Shown here piece by piece: positions 52,206 to 62,514 of a stretch of DNA of 64,000 bases. Origin of the DNA: Candidatus Bathyarchaeota archaeon (GTDB lineage Archaea; Thermoproteota; Bathyarchaeia; Bathyarchaeales; Bathycorpusculaceae); the NCBI GenBank assembly GCA_963827165.1, contig CAWGZR010000003.1, positions 1-64,000 of the forward strand, read 5' to 3'. The notes beneath the pieces were generated by a model. That model worked only from the letters and a program-made list of their open reading frames with translations. It did no database searches and had not been told where the DNA came from. The first letter of the stretch is position 1; each line of letters begins with the position of its first letter. A program made the position numbers and the translations under genes.

Positions 52206-54758
52206 GTGGTAGGGATAAATAGCGAGGAGACTATCATGACTGTACCCAGCAATTATCTGTTACCTACCTTGCCGAAAGGACTCGAAGGACTCGTTGAGTT
52301 AGCCCTCGATCTTCGTTGGTCATGGAATCACGCCGCTGATAAGCTATGGCAATATGTTGATCCAGAGTTATGGAGTATGACCTCTAACCCGTGGCTCATG
52401 CTTCAAACAGTTAAAACGGATCGCCTTAAAGCGCTGTCGACCGATTCCACTTTCCGGGGACTGATGGATAAACTTGTGGAAGAACATCGCGAGGCGATAG
52501 GAGAGAAGGCTTGGTTTCAACAGACCCATTCTCAATCGACACTAAAAGTAGCCTATTTCAGCATGGAGTATGGACTTGGTGAAGCTCTGCCGATTTACTC
52601 GGGCGGTCTCGGGATTCTAGCTGGCGATTATCTTAAGACTGCCAGTGATCTGGGCGTTCCAGTAATTGGAGTTGGTCTTCTCTATCAGCAGGGCTATTTC
52701 CGTCAAGCAGTAGATGCCCATGGTGACCAGACCGAGTTTTACCCCTACAACGACCCCGGCCAGCTTCCAGTCATGCCAGTACGCGACCAGAATGGACAGT
52801 GGCTCCGGATAAAGATAGATTTTCCCGGTGGCGCCTTATGGTTGCGTGCCTGGGAAGCCATAGTGGGACGGGTGAAGCTTTACCTCCTGGACAGTAATGA
52901 TCCTATCAACAGTCCTACTGACCGTGGGATTACCAGCGAACTCTACGGGGGAGGACCAGAACTGCGCCTGCAACAAGAGATTGTGCTGGGAATCGGAGGC
53001 TGGCGACTGCTCAATGCAGTTGGTATTCAACCTGAAGTATGTCACCTCAATGAGGGACATGCGGCATTAGCTGTGGTCGAGCGGGCACGCAGCTTTATGT
53101 TGAGTGAACATCAGCCTTTCAAGGTGGCTTTGGCCGCAACTCGTGCGGGCAACATCTTTACCACGCATACACCTGTTGAGGCGGGTTTCGATCGATTCGC
53201 ACCAGAACTAGTTAGCCGTTATCTGGCAGATTATGCGGATCAACTGGGTATTGGATTGGGCGGTCTTCTAGCTTTAGGCCGCCAGGATCCTGCGAACTCA
53301 CAGGAACCACTCAACATGGCCTTTCTGGCCATGCGGGGTTCAGGAGTGGTCAACGGTGTCAGTCGTCTTCATGGAGAGGTAAGCCGACAAATTTTCCAAC
53401 CATTATTCCCTCGCTGGTCCAAGGGCGAGGTACCAATCACCCACGTTACCAACGGTGTTCACATGCCGTCATGGGACTCTGCACCGGCTGATACGACTTG
53501 GACTAATGCCTGCGGGAAAGAGCGTTGGCTAAATACCATGGATACGATTAAAGACGATTTGAAGAAGATAACCGATGAGTCGTTGTGGCAACTACGTAGG
53601 GAAGAAGCAGAGCAACTGATCCATTACGTGCGTGCACGTCTTGGTCGTCAGCTAGCGAGAGCAGGTGCCTCGGTGCAACTCATAAAGCAGTCCAACCAAA
53701 TACTGGACCCTGACGTTCTCACAATGGGTTTTGCCCGGCGTTTCACTGCATACAAAAGGCCAAATCTTTTGCTCCATGATCCCGATCGGCTAAGCAAGAT
53801 ACTGAACCACCCTCATCGGACTGTTCAACTCGTTATTGCCGGTAAAGCCCATCCTCACGATGAAGAAGGCAAAGCCCTGGTGCGCGCTTGGTGGGAGTAT
53901 TCGCTTCGTTCCGATGTGCAAAACAAGGTAGTCTTCCTCTCTGACTACGATATGGCTCTGGCTGAGCAGTTGGTACAAGGCGTGGACCTTTGGATAAACA
54001 CACCCCGCCGCCCCTGGGAGGCTTGCGGTACCAGCGGGATGAAGGTTTTGGTAAACGGTGGCTTGAACTTATCGGAGCTGGATGGGTGGTGGGCAGAAGC
54101 TTACCGGACCGAGGTTGGCTGGTCCATAGGCGATGGGCAGGAGCATGGTGATGACCCTAACTGGGATGCACAAGAGGCGGCTGATACTTACCGTCTCCTC
54201 GAGGAGGAGATTATTCCGTGTTTCTATGAACGTGATGGCCGAGGCATCCCTACCGCCTGGATAGCACGTATACGAACGAGTATGGCTGAGCTCACCCCGC
54301 AATTCAGTTCGAACCGAATGCTGCGAGAGTATGTTGATAGATTATACCTCGAGGCTGCCCAGAGTTATCATAAACGCTCTGCCGACGGAGCAAATGAGTC
54401 AGTGCGATTATGCAACTGGCGAGAGTTACTGGAGACATATTGGCAGAAATTATACTTCGGAAGGCTGGATGTGCACAAGGAAGGTGACAAATATATTATG
54501 ACGTTAAAAGTGTATCTTGATAAGCTTGATCCGAAGGCAGTGCAGGTTCAGCTATTCGCTGAGCCTCAGGGTAATGGACAATCCGAAATTCATGTCATGG
54601 AGGTAGCTGAGGCTGCTGGAACAGAGAATGGCATTCTCTATCGTGCCAGTATCCCAGCCCTTCGGCCAGCAGAACACTATACGCCACGCATCATTCCTTA
54701 TTTTGATGGGGCTGCGGTGCCTCTGGAAGCCAGACAAATATTATGGTATGAATCATAG
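52206..54758 (+). CDS. glgP: Alpha-glucan (glycogen) phosphorylase
   Basis: YFSMEYG, SGGLGILAGD, HLNEGH, FARRFTAYKR, EACGTSGMK. Confidence 0.95.
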   Translation: MVGINSEETIMTVPSNYLLPTLPKGLEGLVELALDLRWSWNHAADKLWQYVDPELWSMTSNPWLMLQTVKTDRLKALSTDSTFRGLMDKLVEEHREAIGEKAWFQQTHSQSTLKVAYFSMEYGLGEALPIYSGGLGILAGDYLKTASDLGVPVIGVGLLYQQGYFRQAVDAHGDQTEFYPYNDPGQLPVMPVRDQNGQWLRIKIDFPGGALWLRAWEAIVGRVKLYLLDSNDPINSPTDRGITSELYGGGPELRLQQEIVLGIGGWRLLNAVGIQPEVCHLNEGHAALAVVERARSFMLSEHQPFKVALAATRAGNIFTTHTPVEAGFDRFAPELVSRYLADYADQLGIGLGGLLALGRQDPANSQEPLNMAFLAMRGSGVVNGVSRLHGEVSRQIFQPLFPRWSKGEVPITHVTNGVHMPSWDSAPADTTWTNACGKERWLNTMDTIKDDLKKITDESLWQLRREEAEQLIHYVRARLGRQLARAGASVQLIKQSNQILDPDVLTMGFARRFTAYKRPNLLLHDPDRLSKILNHPHRTVQLVIAGKAHPHDEEGKALVRAWWEYSLRSDVQNKVVFLSDYDMALAEQLVQGVDLWINTPRRPWEACGTSGMKVLVNGGLNLSELDGWWAEAYRTEVGWSIGDGQEHGDDPNWDAQEAADTYRLLEEEIIPCFYERDGRGIPTAWIARIRTSMAELTPQFSSNRMLREYVDRLYLEAAQSYHKRSADGANESVRLCNWRELLETYWQKLYFGRLDVHKEGDKYIMTLKVYLDKLDPKAVQVQLFAEPQGNGQSEIHVMEVAEAAGTENGILYRASIPALRPAEHYTPRIIPYFDGAAVPLEARQILWYES

Positions 54759-54890
54759 TTGGCCACACTTCGACAACAGTATCTGGAAGATAATAGGACT
54801 CACCTGTTAAGCTTGGACGTTACACAAAATACGAGACTTCGCTTCTTAAAATAAACTTTTCAATTTCGGGACAAACTAGCGCGCTTAATC

Positions 54891-55493
54891 TTAGCTTGGA
54901 ATTTTAGTTATAACGCCAATGGGCATCACGGTTTTGTTATAGACTTCGTTTAGCACTTCAGCAATGCCTAGATAGATTGCGCTTGATCCGCAGATTATGC
55001 CTTCGTAGCCAGCGAGTTCATCTATCTTAAAATTTCCAAGTAATGCTGTGTTTCCCGTCAGGTCTCTTGCCGCGAGGAGGAAGAACAGCACGGTCACGCT
55101 TATGAAGACGAATTGCAGTGCTCGGTTGGCTTTGAGTGTCCCAAAGAACATTGCAAAACTGAAGATGCCCCACATAATGAAGTACGCTCCTATGGCGGTT
55201 CCCGTGGGGGTTTTGATTCCTGTGAAGACTGCTGTATTGGGTAGCACAATGAGTATCACGAGGGACAGCCAGAAGAGCCCATAAGAGGTGAACGTTGTAG
55301 TTCCGAAGGTGTTGCCGCGTCTGTACTCCATTATGCCTACTATTACTTGGGCGATTCCGCCATAGACTAAGCCCATGGCAAGAATCATGGAGTCCAGGGG
55401 GAAAAGGCCAATGTTAACTAGATTCAACAAAACCGTAGTAAGTCCGAACCCCAACAATCCAAGTGGCGCTGCATTAGCTAATTTCTCTGACAT
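54891..55493 (-). CDS. satP: GPR1/FUN34/YaaH acetate uptake transporter
   Basis: ANAAPLGLLGFGLTT, YGGIAQ, GNTFG, SYGLFW. Confidence 0.92.
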   Translation of the reverse strand: MSEKLANAAPLGLLGFGLTTVLLNLVNIGLFPLDSMILAMGLVYGGIAQVIVGIMEYRRGNTFGTTTFTSYGLFWLSLVILIVLPNTAVFTGIKTPTGTAIGAYFIMWGIFSFAMFFGTLKANRALQFVFISVTVLFFLLAARDLTGNTALLGNFKIDELAGYEGIICGSSAIYLGIAEVLNEVYNKTVMPIGVITKIPS

Positions 55494-55571
55494 GTCTTAT
55501 GTCCTCTTTCTTTGTCGCTAAATTCTTATGATAAGAAAAACAGATTGCTATTGTTTTCATGATTCTTGCAG

Positions 55572-55642
55572 ACACCATTCATTCGAAATTGCCATTTAAC
55601 ATCGATAAGCGTTTCTCAAGTTTGCGCTTAAAAATATTGCTT
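55572..55642 (-). repeat. 71-bp inverted copy of the promoter and first 8 codons of gene 3601-4176
   Basis: 66/71 identical to 3554-3624 by manual alignment. Confidence 0.9.
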
Positions 55643-55690
55643 CAATAGTTAAAGTCACAACCTACAACCTTAACATAATGGCTAAACTAA

Positions 55691-56970
55691 CTGAGTGTTT
55701 GCGTTTTATCGTTGTTTCGTGTCCAAAGCTTATCTTTCCATTGAAAGATACATGACTGCATGTTCGGATTCATAGCGGGTATACCGCGCAGATTGAAGCA
55801 TCTTTTTTCAAAGTTTAAACCATTCTTCACCAAACCTCAATACGAGAACTTCTGCAGAACAGAGCTGGGCCTCATGGTCGCCGGCAAAAGTGAGCATGAC
55901 GTCAAAAGCATAAACGAGTTGTTCATCGACAGAAAAGATCAGAGTAGCCTAAACCGCTTTGTCACTGAATCAAAATGGGACGTCCAAGCGGTAGTCAAGG
56001 AAGGAAGAGACCTGCTTTTGAATGAAGCAGAGCTAAACTCAGCCCTCGAGTACAAAGTGATTGATGATTCGGTCTGCAGAAAGTACAGCATACACACCGA
56101 GATGGCATGCTACAACCATTCCTCAACGATGGGAACGGTGCTAAGCCATGACTATGTGACCTCGCTTTACGTTAACAATGAAGTCGCCCTCTCTGACGGC
56201 CTCAAACTCTATGGAAACGAGAGAAAATGCGAAGAGAAAAACGTTGAGTTCAAGACCAAAGTCCAGCTTGCATGCGAACTAATCCGAGACCATGTTTCCA
56301 GAGCTAAACAGACCATTTGCATGTGGGATTCCTGGTTTATGTGCCAAGACACCGTTGCTCAATGTCGGGCTCAGGGGTACAACTGGATAGGCGAGATCAA
56401 AAGCAACAGAATCGTGTTCTATTTGGGAAAGCGTTCCGTCTAGACGAGCTCTTTGATGGGTTATGCTGTGAGGGAGCTTTCTTTGACGTTGTTGTGAACG
56501 GTGAGGTCTATGCGGCGTCAAGAGCTGAAGTGTTCATGCCTAAGGTAGGCAAGGTGTCAATAGTGATGAATGCGAAGGCAGGCACTAAGGATGTTCATTT
56601 TCTCTGCGCTGACTTGACTGATTTTAGCCTATACGAGATAGTTGCGCATGCGTTGGAGAGGCATAGGATAGAAGATTTCTATAAGGAGGCTAAGGCTTTA
56701 GGTTTGGGTGAGTACAGGTTCAGGGAGAGCGAAGCGGCGCTTATACACGCGCACCTAGTCTCTCTGGCTTGTACTCTCCTTGACGTTTTGAGGCGTAGAC
56801 TCGTGAGGTATTCTATCATGAGGCGCCTGCTCTCCTTTGAGGCTACTGTTGAATGGCTACGCAGAAAAGCCATGCACTTTTTCATGCACAAACTGCGAAA
56901 CACAAACCTATCAACTAGAAGCCTACTAAAGCTCATAGACACAAGGTAACATGAAAACGCAAACAATCAG
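55691..56970 (+). mobile_element. IS701-family element, TSD CTAA
   Basis: TIRs CTGAGTGTTTGCGTTTT / AAAACGCAAACAATCAG; CTAA at 55687-55690 and 56971-56974. Confidence 0.88.
55760..56949 (+). pseudogene. IS701-family transposase, frameshift near 56435
   Basis: QSSLNRFV, IDDS, FKTK, WDSW, R..IEDFYKEAK.LGL. Confidence 0.85.
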
Positions 56971-57216
56971 CTAAATTAGAGACAGAGCCATTTAAAAAGA
57001 AAAAACAAATAAAGAACTTCAAAGGCGAATATGCGCTAGTTTTTCCTTCGATTCTGAAACTTTTTCAATATTCTCTTTTTAGGAAGCTTCGGTCTTTCCA
57101 CACGTTCCTCATCAGTAGTTTCCAAAAATAACTCACCGACCTAACAGTGCAGTATGTTCTTTTTATGCATTACTACCAGTGATACACGTATTCTCAAATA
57201 AGCGAGTTATGGTGAG

Positions 57217-57264
57217 ATGAGGATAAGAGTGACGGTAAATGGATTTGACAGATTTAGGCGCCTC
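57217..57264 (+). pseudogene. Decayed GAPDH 5' remnant upstream of pgk
   Basis: GGTGA then MRIRVTVNGFDRFRRL versus [16 protein letters not shown]. Confidence 0.55.
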
Positions 57265-57355
57265 TCGTGCCGAGTAACTACAAAAAGAAAAGCCTGGTTT
57301 CTGAGCATGACCCAAAACGCTTAAGACTCAATTTTCCTTTAATTACCATGAAGAT

Positions 57356-58591
57356 GTGAGAATGGCGAAGTTTCTAACTTTAGACGATGTGGAAGTTAAG
57401 AACAAAGTAGTACTTGTTAGAGTTGACTTCAACTCGCCCATAGACCCCGAAACCAAGAAAATTCTAGACGACTCGAGAATTCGAGCGCATGGAGAATCAA
57501 CAATAAAAGAGCTATCTGAAAAAGGGGCAAAAGTTGTTATTTTGGCGCATCAAGGACGCAAGGGTGATTCAGATTTTATACCCTTAAAACAACACGCTGA
57601 AATCCTTGCTAAGGTTCTGGGCAAACCAGTCAAATACATAGATGACCTTTACGGAGAAAAAGCAAAAGCGGCCATCAAAGAATTGAAGAGCGGAGAAGTC
57701 CTCGTTTTAGAAAATGTTAGAATGTTCGATGCGGAAACTGAAGAAGGAACGCCTGAAGAACAAGCAAAAAAACCCCTGGTTGTTAATCTTGCCCCGCTAG
57801 CCGACTTGTTTGTAAACGACGCCTTTTCGGCAGCCCACAGAGCACACGTATCAATCATAGGCTTCACAGCCGTGTTACCAAGTGTTGCAGGGCGCGTAAT
57901 GGAAAGAGAGCTTAAGTCCTTGAGAAAGATTTTGGAAAAACCAGAGAAGCCATGCTTATTTATTTTGGGCGGAGCAAAAGCAGATGACTCCCTTGAAATT
58001 TCAAGCTACGTATTAAACAACACAATAGCAGATTTTGTACTCACAGGCGGAGTTGTTGGCCACGTTTTCCTAGTGGCGATGGGCTTTGACCTGGGCAAAC
58101 AGAACATGTCTTTCTTAGAGAACAAAAATTTCACGGACATAGTATCAGGCATAAAAGAACTTATGCACAAGTATCCAGATAAAATCAAAACCCCAAAAGA
58201 TTTGGCCGTAGAAGTCAATGGAAAAAGAAAAGAGATTTCTGTTCATGAACTCCCAACAGATTTTCCAATATTTGATATTGGAAAAGAAACGGTTGAGGAT
58301 TATGCCAAGATAATTAGGGTTGCGAAGTCAATTGTGGTCAGTGGACCAATGGGCGTTTTTGAAAATAGCGAATTTATCTTCGGAACGAAAAGAATTTTTG
58401 AAGAAATCGCGAATTCGAAAGCCTTCTCCATTGCAGGTGGTGGCCACACAACTGCAGCATTACATGAGCTCAAGATAGCAGACAAGATTTCCTATGTTAG
58501 CACTGCTGGCGGCGCGTTAACAGAGTTTCTGATGGGCAAACAGTTGCCAGGTGTTACAGCACTAGAGAAGGCAGCTGCCAGAGAAACTTAG
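57356..58591 (+). CDS. pgk: Phosphoglycerate kinase
   Basis: RVDFNSP, AHQGR, LENVR, NDAFSAAHRAH, GGAK, STAGGA. Confidence 0.96.
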   Translation: MRMAKFLTLDDVEVKNKVVLVRVDFNSPIDPETKKILDDSRIRAHGESTIKELSEKGAKVVILAHQGRKGDSDFIPLKQHAEILAKVLGKPVKYIDDLYGEKAKAAIKELKSGEVLVLENVRMFDAETEEGTPEEQAKKPLVVNLAPLADLFVNDAFSAAHRAHVSIIGFTAVLPSVAGRVMERELKSLRKILEKPEKPCLFILGGAKADDSLEISSYVLNNTIADFVLTGGVVGHVFLVAMGFDLGKQNMSFLENKNFTDIVSGIKELMHKYPDKIKTPKDLAVEVNGKRKEISVHELPTDFPIFDIGKETVEDYAKIIRVAKSIVVSGPMGVFENSEFIFGTKRIFEEIANSKAFSIAGGGHTTAALHELKIADKISYVSTAGGALTEFLMGKQLPGVTALEKAAARET

Positions 58592-58621
58592 CAAACAATT
58601 TTCCTTTTCTTTTCTGATTAC

Positions 58622-59557
58622 TCAATTGGCATTATTTTTCAAAAGTTTCTCTTTATCTGCGAACTCTGCCATTAAGATCTTGATTCGTTCGGTTATTTCT
58701 AAAGCATTTTTGAAGGGTCGCTGCCAAAGGTTTCTTCCAAATACTAATCCAGTTGCTCCTGCACCTAAAGAGATTCTGACCTTTTCTAAGAGTTCATCAT
58801 CTCCCATTTCTTCTCCCCCAGATATTAGCGCCATCGTTTTTCCTGCTGACCCAATTACTTTTTCAAGGGCTTCTTTTGTGTTAAGCTGGAGCGCGTCATA
58901 CGGTTTAGGATACAGTCGACTTCGCTCTTTATCATATTTGGGAACGTTCATTTTAACCATATCAGCGCCCAGTTCGTTGGCTACTCGTGCAGCATAGTCA
59001 ACAGCGTAAAGGCTATCCCTACCGCCCTTAGCTTCAATCGCCTCACCCCTTGGATAAGCCCAAACAATAAGAGGCATACCAAACCTTTGGCTATCCTCCC
59101 TAATTTTGGCGAATTGAATGAAATCCTTATCTTGGGCAGGCGAGCCCACAAACAAGGTATATCCAACAGCGTCAGCGCCAAGACGAACTGCATCCTCTAC
59201 GGAAGCGGTTTGAGGTGAAAAGGCACAAGTATCTGGAGGGATCGATGTTTTTCCATTCAGTTTAAGAATCAAGGGAATTTCACCAGTGAACTCCTTCATG
59301 TATTTTTCAGCCAGGCCAATGTGAAGGACTATGGCTGAAAAACCGCCCTCTTTTGCCAATTTCAACTGGTAGGCAGGATCAACGCTTTCTGGATTTGCAA
59401 AGAAATCTCTCGGGCCATGCTCCAATCCATGATCAATTGGAAGAATAAGCGCCATTCCGTTACCCACTCCATGCTCATACAAGATTCGATGAAGCCTAGT
59501 CCTCTTACCGAGATTAAGGTTCAAATCTTTAAGCAAAGGTCTCTTAACTTGAATCAT
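58622..59557 (-). CDS. fbaB: Class I fructose-bisphosphate aldolase (DhnA type)
   Basis: PIDHGLEHGP, AVRLGADAVG, WAYPRG, ELGADMVK, SGG, GRN. Confidence 0.9.
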   Translation of the reverse strand: MIQVKRPLLKDLNLNLGKRTRLHRILYEHGVGNGMALILPIDHGLEHGPRDFFANPESVDPAYQLKLAKEGGFSAIVLHIGLAEKYMKEFTGEIPLILKLNGKTSIPPDTCAFSPQTASVEDAVRLGADAVGYTLFVGSPAQDKDFIQFAKIREDSQRFGMPLIVWAYPRGEAIEAKGGRDSLYAVDYAARVANELGADMVKMNVPKYDKERSRLYPKPYDALQLNTKEALEKVIGSAGKTMALISGGEEMGDDELLEKVRISLGAGATGLVFGRNLWQRPFKNALEITERIKILMAEFADKEKLLKNNAN

Positions 59558-59774
59558 TGTCCAAAACCAGCTATACTGAATAGGTCTTTACGTTATAAGT
59601 TTAACCTGCTAGCCTCATAAATCGAACTGGTACGAGAACATGCTCTAAATAAACCTTAATATCAAAATCGAATTTTAAATTCCAGACCGAAGAGATACTC
59701 TCAGATCCGCTAGCATAAGCGAGGTGTCAAAGGATAAAAGTGGCAAAATCACATTATCTTGATGAAGCGAGATC

Positions 59775-61040
59775 ATGTCCAGGATAAATAAGATCAGGGC
59801 AAGGGAAATCCTTGATTCGAGAGGCAACCCAACCGTTGAAGCTGACGTATTCACAAAAGGAGGGCTGTCAAGGGCTTCTGTTCCTTCTGGTGCAAGCACA
59901 GGCAAGCACGAGGCTTTGGAACTCAGAGACGGCGGAAGGCGTTACTTGGGACAGGGAGTTCTGAAAGCTGTTAGCAATGTAAACAATATCATAGCAGAGA
60001 AGCTTGTAGGACAGGATTGTACTAAACAGAAAGAGGTCGACGAGTTGATGATAGATTTGGATGGAACGCCTAACAAGTCCAACTTGGGGGCCAATGCTAT
60101 TCTCGCGGTCAGCATGGCAGTATGCAAAGCGGGAGCATTGGAGTCAAACTTGCCGCTTTATGAATATGTCGCTGAGCTTGTTGATTCAAGAGGTGTGACT
60201 TTACCCATCCCACAGATGAACGTGATCAACGGTGGAGTGCACGCTGGTATAGCCAATGATTTTCAAGAGCACATGATAATCCCTTTTGGAGCTAAAACTT
60301 ACTCTGACGCGCTAAGAATGTGCTCGGAAACTTACCATACTTTAAAGAAAAACCTGAAAGAAAAATTTGGCAGCTCCGCGATACTGGTCGGGGATGAAGG
60401 CGGCTTTGTTCCTCCCTTGAAAAGCGTTGATGAAAGGCTCAAATTCATATCAGAAGCGATAGAAGAACTTGGCTACACAAAAGAGTTCGGTCTAGCGATA
60501 GATGCTGCATCATCTGAATTCTATAGTAAGGGGCGTTATAGCATCATGGAGAAAGATTACTCTTCTGCTGAATTAACGGATTTCTACTCGGACCTGTGTG
60601 AAAAATTCAGGATAATTTCAATCGAAGATGGCTTGAGTGAAGATGATTGGGATGGCTGGATTAAGTTGAAATCTGAGTTGAGGGAAAAAATTCAGATTGT
60701 TGGAGACGATCTTCTGGTTACGAATGTCGAGAGAATTAAGAAAGCAATCAAATTAGATGCTTGCAACGCTTTGCTGCTGAAACTTAATCAGATCGGGACC
60801 GTTACCGAAGCCTTAGCTGCTTTTAGGTCAGCCAGAGACGCTGGGTGGAACGTTATCGTTTCTCACAGATCAGGAAGTACGGAAGAAACTTTCTTTGCGG
60901 ATTTGGTTGTTGGCTTAGATGCGGGGCAATTCAAGTATGGCGCTCCCGCAAGAAGCGAGAGAACTTGTAACTATAATCAACTGCTCAGGATTGAAGAAGA
61001 ATTAGGCGGAAAGGCGAAGTACTCAAAGATTTTTGGGTAA
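59775..61040 (+). CDS. eno: Enolase
   Basis: DSRGNPTVE, VPSGASTG, GDEGG, VGDDL, LLKLNQIG, SHRSG. Confidence 0.96.
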   Translation: MSRINKIRAREILDSRGNPTVEADVFTKGGLSRASVPSGASTGKHEALELRDGGRRYLGQGVLKAVSNVNNIIAEKLVGQDCTKQKEVDELMIDLDGTPNKSNLGANAILAVSMAVCKAGALESNLPLYEYVAELVDSRGVTLPIPQMNVINGGVHAGIANDFQEHMIIPFGAKTYSDALRMCSETYHTLKKNLKEKFGSSAILVGDEGGFVPPLKSVDERLKFISEAIEELGYTKEFGLAIDAASSEFYSKGRYSIMEKDYSSAELTDFYSDLCEKFRIISIEDGLSEDDWDGWIKLKSELREKIQIVGDDLLVTNVERIKKAIKLDACNALLLKLNQIGTVTEALAAFRSARDAGWNVIVSHRSGSTEETFFADLVVGLDAGQFKYGAPARSERTCNYNQLLRIEEELGGKAKYSKIFG

Positions 61041-62430
61041 ACAAGGTTTTGGAGATGACTTCTGGGTGAAGGATATAGAATTTTCTTTTGAAGATGCAAT
61101 TGTCCCTCAACATGTGATTAGCGAAACAGCAGAACGATTGAGACCTGAGATTAAAAATATGGCAACTGCTATTTCTGAAGGTTACGAAAGTGATCTGGCT
61201 TCGCTATTCCTGCCTGATGACAGACTCATATTGGGCAAAGTTAGACAAGTTATAGGCGAGAATCTGCAACTGAAGCCGGTTTACCTCATTGTCATTGGTA
61301 TTGGCGGCAGCAATCTAGGAACGATAGGTGTTCAGGAAGCTGTTCTTGGAAAGATGTACAATCAATTGACGGCGGCTCCAAAGGTGTTATATGCCGACAC
61401 AGTTGACTCGGACAACATTGACAACATAATCACTCTTGTCAAGCCTGTTTTAGAAAGAGGAGACAACATCGTACTGAATGTGATAAGTAAGTCTGGAGCT
61501 ACTACGGAAACGATAGCTAACGCTGAGGTGCTTATAGATTTATTAAGAAGGCACAAGAAAGATTACAAAAATTGCATTACTGTTACTTCAGATAAAGACT
61601 CAGAACTATGGAACATTGCAGTCAAAGAAGGAATCAAGGTTTTAGAAATACCAAAGAAAGTTGGTGGAAGGTACTCTGTTTTTTCGCCTGTAGGTCTGTT
61701 TCCTCTTGGATTGTTGGGAATAGATATCGAGCGGTTATTGGATGGAGCAAAATGCATGAAAGCCGCCTGTATCGAAACAAATATTGAAAAAAACCCTGCA
61801 GCGATAAGCGCAGCTATCCAGTACTTACATTATGAGAGCGGTAAGAACATTTCTGACTTGTTTCTATTCGCGAATGACTTAGAGTCTTTGGGCAAATGGT
61901 GCAGGCAATTAATGGCTGAAAGCTTGGGCAAAGAATTCAACAGGAAGGCGGAAAAAGTGAACATAGGCATAACTCCAGACATTTCAATTGGCTCAACTGA
62001 TTTGCATTCAATGGCGCAGCTTTATCTGGGAGGGCCATATGACAAATTTACGACGTTTCTAAGCGTCGAAAATAGTAATTCCCACATAAATGTGCCAACG
62101 CTAAAAGAGTACTCTAAACTTGTCGATGGAATTCAAGGTAAGAGTTTGGAAAGTATAATGAGCGCAATAATAGACGGGACAAAGGCCGCTTTCAGGAAAG
62201 GTAAACGCCCATTTGTGGAGATAAAGCTACCGTGCATATCGGAATATTCCGTAGGACAGTTTCTGCAGTTCAAGATGATAGAGACGATCTATTTGGGATA
62301 TCTGTTAGGCGTAAATCCTTTTGATCAGCCAAACGTTGAAAGCTACAAGGAGGAAACCCGAAAAATATTGCAGGAAAATGACACTAACTTTGGTAAAACA
62401 TTTCATGATTTAAGTCCTGAGAATACTTGA
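61033..62430 (+). CDS. pgi: Glucose-6-phosphate isomerase (start possibly GTG 61066)
   Basis: GIGGSNLG, ISKSG.TTET, VGGRYS, QLMAESLGK, DLHS..Q, NPFDQPNVE.YK. Confidence 0.93.
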   Translation: MGKQGFGDDFWVKDIEFSFEDAIVPQHVISETAERLRPEIKNMATAISEGYESDLASLFLPDDRLILGKVRQVIGENLQLKPVYLIVIGIGGSNLGTIGVQEAVLGKMYNQLTAAPKVLYADTVDSDNIDNIITLVKPVLERGDNIVLNVISKSGATTETIANAEVLIDLLRRHKKDYKNCITVTSDKDSELWNIAVKEGIKVLEIPKKVGGRYSVFSPVGLFPLGLLGIDIERLLDGAKCMKAACIETNIEKNPAAISAAIQYLHYESGKNISDLFLFANDLESLGKWCRQLMAESLGKEFNRKAEKVNIGITPDISIGSTDLHSMAQLYLGGPYDKFTTFLSVENSNSHINVPTLKEYSKLVDGIQGKSLESIMSAIIDGTKAAFRKGKRPFVEIKLPCISEYSVGQFLQFKMIETIYLGYLLGVNPFDQPNVESYKEETRKILQENDTNFGKTFHDLSPENT

Positions 62431-62514
62431 ATAGCATCTATCAAAACAAACGTCAAAATGAAAATTTCTGGTGTCGCATTTCCAGTTCCTTATTCTGAAA
62501 CTGCTATCACTGAT

